Shown here: positions 15,826-19,306 of the stretch, one piece after another | How positions within the stretch are numbered: position 1 is the stretch's first letter | How the letters are laid out: every line of letters begins with the position of its first letter | From: Deinococcales bacterium | Lineage (GTDB): Bacteria > Deinococcota > Deinococci > Deinococcales > JAAFIG01 | Assembly (NCBI GenBank): GCA_031414595.1 | Contig: JANNVX010000112.1 | Span: 1 to 19,306, forward strand | Direction: 5' to 3' | Length of the DNA: 19,306 bases | Made by a program: the position numbers and the translations under genes | Notes under the pieces: generated by a model | Seen by the model: only the letters and a program-made list of their open reading frames with translations | Database searches by the model: none | What the model was told of the DNA's origin: nothing

Positions 15826-16890
15826 GTGAGCGAGCGAGCTATTTTGTTGGTCAATCTGGGTTCGCCAGATTCAACCTCCATTCCAGATGTTAAAAAGTAC
15901 CTTGATGAATTTTTGATGGATCCTCATGTACTGGACTTTCCGTATTGGCTGCGCTCTTTTTTGGTGCGTGGTGTGATTCTCAATGTCCGTCCAAAAAAAT
16001 CAGCTGCCGCCTATCAAGAAATTTGGTGGGACGAAGGCAGCCCTCTGGTGGTGATTTCTAAGCGGGTGCAAGCTGCCCTACAAGCCATCTCGAGTATCCC
16101 CGTGGCATTAGGAATGCGCTACCAAAATCCAAGTATCGAATCGGCATTACGCGCTCTGCTCGAGCAGAACCCAGATTTACAAGAGCTGCTGCTTGTGCCG
16201 CTCTATCCGCAGTATGCGATGGCAACCACCGAAACCGTGGCGCGGGAAACCCGTGAAAGTTTAGCTCGGCTTGGGGTGAATTTAGACTTAAAAATCTTAG
16301 CCCCTTTTTATGACCAACCTGAGTACATCAGCGCTCTAGCCGAAGTCACCAAACCGTACCTCGAGACAGGTTTTGACAAGGTGCTTTTTTCGTATCATGG
16401 TATCCCGAAGCGCCATGTTAAAAAGTCCGACTGTACTGGTCAGCATTGCTTAAGCACCAATTGTTGCCATGTGGATAGCCCAGCCCATCAATACTGCTAT
16501 AAACACCAAGCCGTTCGCACCACTGAAAGCCTTGCCACGCAACTCGGCATCACCAATTATGATATTTCTTTTCAAAGCCGTTTGGGTGGCGGCTGGCTGA
16601 CTCCATTCACCGATAAAATGCTTGAACAGTATCCCAAGCAAGGCGTTAAGCGTTTAGCCATCCTCTGTCCGGCTTTTGTTTCGGATTGCTTAGAAACCTT
16701 AGAAGAAATTGCCCAAGAAGGACGCGAAACCTTTCTGAAGGCTGGCGGCGAGCAATTTACTTATATCCCCTGCTTAAATGACCACGCAGCTTGGATTGTG
16801 GCACTTCACAAGCTGACCGAACAAGCATGGAGCGCTTCGCCGTTTCTCGAGACCAGTTCTATTCCAAATTTAATCCAAGGAAAATTATGA
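15826..16890 (+). CDS. hemH: Ferrochelatase with internal Cys-rich insertion
   Basis: ILLVNLGSPD, PLYPQYAMATT, FSYHGIP, FQSRLG, WLTPFT, AFVSDCLETLEEI, IPCLND. Confidence 0.96.
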   Translation: MSERAILLVNLGSPDSTSIPDVKKYLDEFLMDPHVLDFPYWLRSFLVRGVILNVRPKKSAAAYQEIWWDEGSPLVVISKRVQAALQAISSIPVALGMRYQNPSIESALRALLEQNPDLQELLLVPLYPQYAMATTETVARETRESLARLGVNLDLKILAPFYDQPEYISALAEVTKPYLETGFDKVLFSYHGIPKRHVKKSDCTGQHCLSTNCCHVDSPAHQYCYKHQAVRTTESLATQLGITNYDISFQSRLGGGWLTPFTDKMLEQYPKQGVKRLAILCPAFVSDCLETLEEIAQEGRETFLKAGGEQFTYIPCLNDHAAWIVALHKLTEQAWSASPFLETSSIPNLIQGKL

Positions 16891-17791
16891 AAATCCATCT
16901 GACTTTATTGGCAATACTGACCGCCACCGTGACTTTGGCACAAACAACCTACCCCGTGACAATCAAGCACGACGCTGGCGAAACCTCTCTGACAAGCCGC
17001 CCAGCTTGGGCGATATTCATTATGAAGAACTCTTGGCGCTTGGAGTACAGCCAGTCGGTTATGCCCACCGCTTTAGTCAGCCGCCTGTGCTGGGTGCAAA
17101 ATTCCCCAGTTTAGGGGATTTAGACAAGTACACCCAAGGGAAATTACCTGTCTACGTCGGTGATTTGTTTACGCCATCACTGGAAGCGATGCTGGCTTTA
17201 AAACCAGATTTAATTGTCTCGAGCCAAGAAAATCTTCATGGTAATTTGTCTAAAATTGCCCCGACCCTAACCTTGCAAAGCCGTTTGGCTGATTCTTGGC
17301 GCAGCAGTTTACCCGCACTCGGAAAAGCCTTTGGGCTACAGAAACGCGCCAGTGAAGTGGTTAAAAGTATCGAATCACGCTTGCGATTAAGCCGTGAAGC
17401 CTTAAAACGAATCACTAAAAAAACCCCGCGACTGACTTTGGTGATGCTCTCTGGGCAAACCGCTTTTTTTGCCTCAAACGGTTATGTGATTGGAAAAATT
17501 TTTGAGGACTTGGGTTTTAGCATCACCAACCCAAGCGGTACAAAGTTTAATGCAGTTGGTTTAGCCCCGCTTTCGCTCGAGAAAATCCCGAGTCTCGAGA
17601 CCGACAAAATTTGGGTGATAAGTAATACCGACCTTTTGCCAGACAGTGCTTTACGCATGACGCTCGAGAAATCACAGCGCGGCAAGGTTATACTTTTTAA
17701 CAACAATTTGCGTCCGTTACTCGGACCCCTATCCTTACCAAGATTCTTGGGTGAAATCCAAAGCCGCAGCTTAAATAGCTCAGGTTTTTAA
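16887..17791 (+). pseudogene. Iron-siderophore ABC substrate-binding protein (Peripla_BP_2), frameshifted near 17005
   Basis: ATG 16887 overlaps the hemH stop (ATGA) and gives signal peptide + YPVTIKHDAGETSLTSRPA. The family sequence continues in the -1 frame as LGDIHYEELLALGVQPVG...PSLEAMLALKPDLIV...LSKIAPT. The usual RIV/RVV strand between them is missing. Confidence 0.75.
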
Positions 17792-17835
17792 CCAGTCTCT
17801 TGGTGAGCGCAGCACCTCGAGTCCGTCTGGGGCAG

Positions 17836-17994
17836 TGTAATCATCAAAAACACGCCGCCTATGCCCCGTGCTTCTAAACGGTGCTTCAGCCAAAAATAAT
17901 CATCACATTGTTTTTTCCAAGTTGGGTAATGACTTGGGCTGATGTCTCGAGCCGTTTGGTGAAACAAGACTGCATCCTCGTTAAACAAATAAAA
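17836..17994 (-). pseudogene. hemF: Internal fragment of oxygen-dependent coproporphyrinogen III oxidase
   Basis: [17 protein letters not shown]...[27 protein letters not shown] matches the HemF core motif (KKWCDxYFxLxHRxExRGIGGxFFDD). FFDDY is recovered only by adding one T to the T5 run at 17846-17850. Both ends of the gene are absent. Confidence 0.85.
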
Positions 17995-18244
17995 ATTCTC
18001 GAGTCATAATTTCATTGGCTTCCAACACAGCTTCTCGGCTAACTTTTCCCGCATAGCCTTGGACAAGTTGATCTAAACTTTCACCACTGGCTAAACGTGC
18101 CAATGTACCTGTAATTTCAATGCGGGTGTACTTAAAAGTTGGTCTGCCACCACAAACACCCCTTGCCTGAACCACGTATTCACCAAGTGGACGGTACACA
18201 TACGGTTCTCCAGATATTGATTCGGTGCGAAAGTCTAACATCAC
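17981..18244 (-). CDS. DUF433-domain protein (putative antitoxin)
   Basis: [15 protein letters not shown]...[14 protein letters not shown]...VSREAVLEA, the DUF433 pattern. No cognate PIN/DUF5615 toxin follows. Confidence 0.82.
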   Translation of the reverse strand: MMLDFRTESISGEPYVYRPLGEYVVQARGVCGGRPTFKYTRIEITGTLARLASGESLDQLVQGYAGKVSREAVLEANEIMTREFLFV

Positions 18245-18272
18245 TTTGGGGTACGCAGTTTAAGCCGCCGCG

Positions 18273-19214
18273 TCAAGCCCTCGAAAAGATGCTTCTAGCT
18301 GCCTCTTGCCCTTGGCGAATACAATCTGGCAAACCAATACCACGATACGAAGCCCCAGCCAAATACACGCCTTTTGGGAGAAGCGCTTCGGCTTTTGCGA
18401 CCCGCTCCAAATGCCCAACTTCAAGCACTGGAAAGTCCGACCAACGAAAAACTTGATGTGCAAGTGGTACAGCCTCGAGTTGCAGAATTTCACGCAATTC
18501 GCGTCTAATCACCTCGAGCAAAGCTGACTCGGATTGGGGCAATTTATCGGCATCAAAAAATACCCGCAGTAAACCAATTCCTTTTGGAACTCGAGAAGGC
18601 ATTTTATGACTGGTGAACAGCACCGCGCTAATGGCTCGGTTTTCGGATTTAGGAATCACGATACCACGATATGCCCTTAAAGGCTCGAGCGCAAAAGCTG
18701 GATAAGCCAGCGCAACCGTACTAAGTCCCGAATGGCGCAAAGCGTTTAAGGCAAGACTGATTTCACCCTCAAGCAACCGCGCCGCGCTTGGGACTGGACA
18801 CGCCAGAATAATAGCGTCGGCGGGCAGCACTTGCCCAAACTCAAGAAAAACCTTATTGGATTCGACTTTTGCTATTTGTGTGTTGGTGCGAATGTCTGTT
18901 CCCAAAGCACACAATTTAGTCTCGAGGGCTTCTATAAGTGCTTGCATACCAGATTGCAAAGAAACTGCACTGGACTGCTTCTTGGTTTTGCGTTTTCGCT
19001 TAAGCATTCCGCGCAATAAACTGCCATGTTCTTGCTCGAGTTGCTGCAAGACTCCAAAACTGGCTTGCAAACTCATTTCTTTGGGATTAGTATTATAAAT
19101 TCCCGCCATGACTGTACCAAAAATAGTGGCGGCTTCTTGTCCAATTCGGCGGGTCAAAAAGGCATCTAAGGATTTGTCCGTAAATAACTTCCCTATTTGG
19201 AAATGATGAAACAT
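18273..19214 (-). CDS. hemG: HemY-type protoporphyrinogen/coproporphyrinogen oxidase, lacking the N-terminal FAD-binding region (partial or pseudogene)
   Basis: DKSLDAFLTRRIG, MAGIY...MSLQASF, GMQALIEAL, ADAIILACP, VGHLERV, LAGASYRGIGLPDCIRQG. No GxGxxG motif; in-frame TAG at 19223-19221 and a REP doublet immediately upstream. Confidence 0.8.
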   Translation of the reverse strand: MFHHFQIGKLFTDKSLDAFLTRRIGQEAATIFGTVMAGIYNTNPKEMSLQASFGVLQQLEQEHGSLLRGMLKRKRKTKKQSSAVSLQSGMQALIEALETKLCALGTDIRTNTQIAKVESNKVFLEFGQVLPADAIILACPVPSAARLLEGEISLALNALRHSGLSTVALAYPAFALEPLRAYRGIVIPKSENRAISAVLFTSHKMPSRVPKGIGLLRVFFDADKLPQSESALLEVIRRELREILQLEAVPLAHQVFRWSDFPVLEVGHLERVAKAEALLPKGVYLAGASYRGIGLPDCIRQGQEAARSIFSRA

Positions 19215-19224
19215 TGTTTCCTAG

Positions 19225-19303
19225 CAGGACAGACACAGGGGTCTGTCCCTACAAAATCCATAAAAATACGTCAGGTAGGGGCGGACCCCCGTGTCCGCCC
19301 TGT
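19225..19303. repeat. GTAG-type REP doublet (REPIN-like), copy 2, uninterrupted
   Basis: CAGGACAGACACAGGGGTCTGTCCCTAC, 22 nt spacer, GTAGGGGCGGACCCCCGTGTCCGCCCTGT; two inverted GTAG + hairpin units. Confidence 0.87.
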
Positions 19304-19306
19304 GAC

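Larger units (their letters stand above)
109..19040. repeat. Highly iterated palindrome CTCGAG dispersed through the window
   Basis: About 90 exact copies by manual count (one per roughly 215 bp) versus about 5 expected for a random 6-mer in 19.3 kb; no conserved flanking bases. Confidence 0.92.

Noticed and set aside
14265-16890. Functional coupling of sufU with the Cys-rich ferrochelatase
   Set aside because: They are separated by an unrelated xylanase, and sufU is tightly linked to the LysM-M23 gene; proximity alone is insufficient.

Overview
Chromosomal window, most consistent with a moderate-GC member of the Deinococcota (inferred from the style of the PlsX/PBP2/MinC/LysM-M23/SufU proteins and several leaderless TAGACT-N5/6-ATG starts). 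The left end holds an IS630 transposase remnant abutting an intact IS982 element, then a small autoregulated ArsR + YciI module. Next come an orphan UrtA-like binding protein divergent from a Cache-type chemoreceptor, an orphan Pro/Thr-stalked LivJ-like binding protein, MscS, plsX, mrdA, minC, a 5xLysM-M23 peptidase, sufU, a GH10 xylanase and hemH. The right end is decaying: a frameshifted iron-siderophore binding protein, a hemF fragment, an orphan DUF433 gene and an N-terminally truncated hemG/hemY. The strongest unexplained signal is the palindrome CTCGAG, about 90 copies by manual count versus about 5 expected, in all codon phases and between genes, like a HIP1-type iterated palindrome. 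Two copies of a GTAG-type REP doublet are also present; one carries a discrete 37-nt structured insertion.
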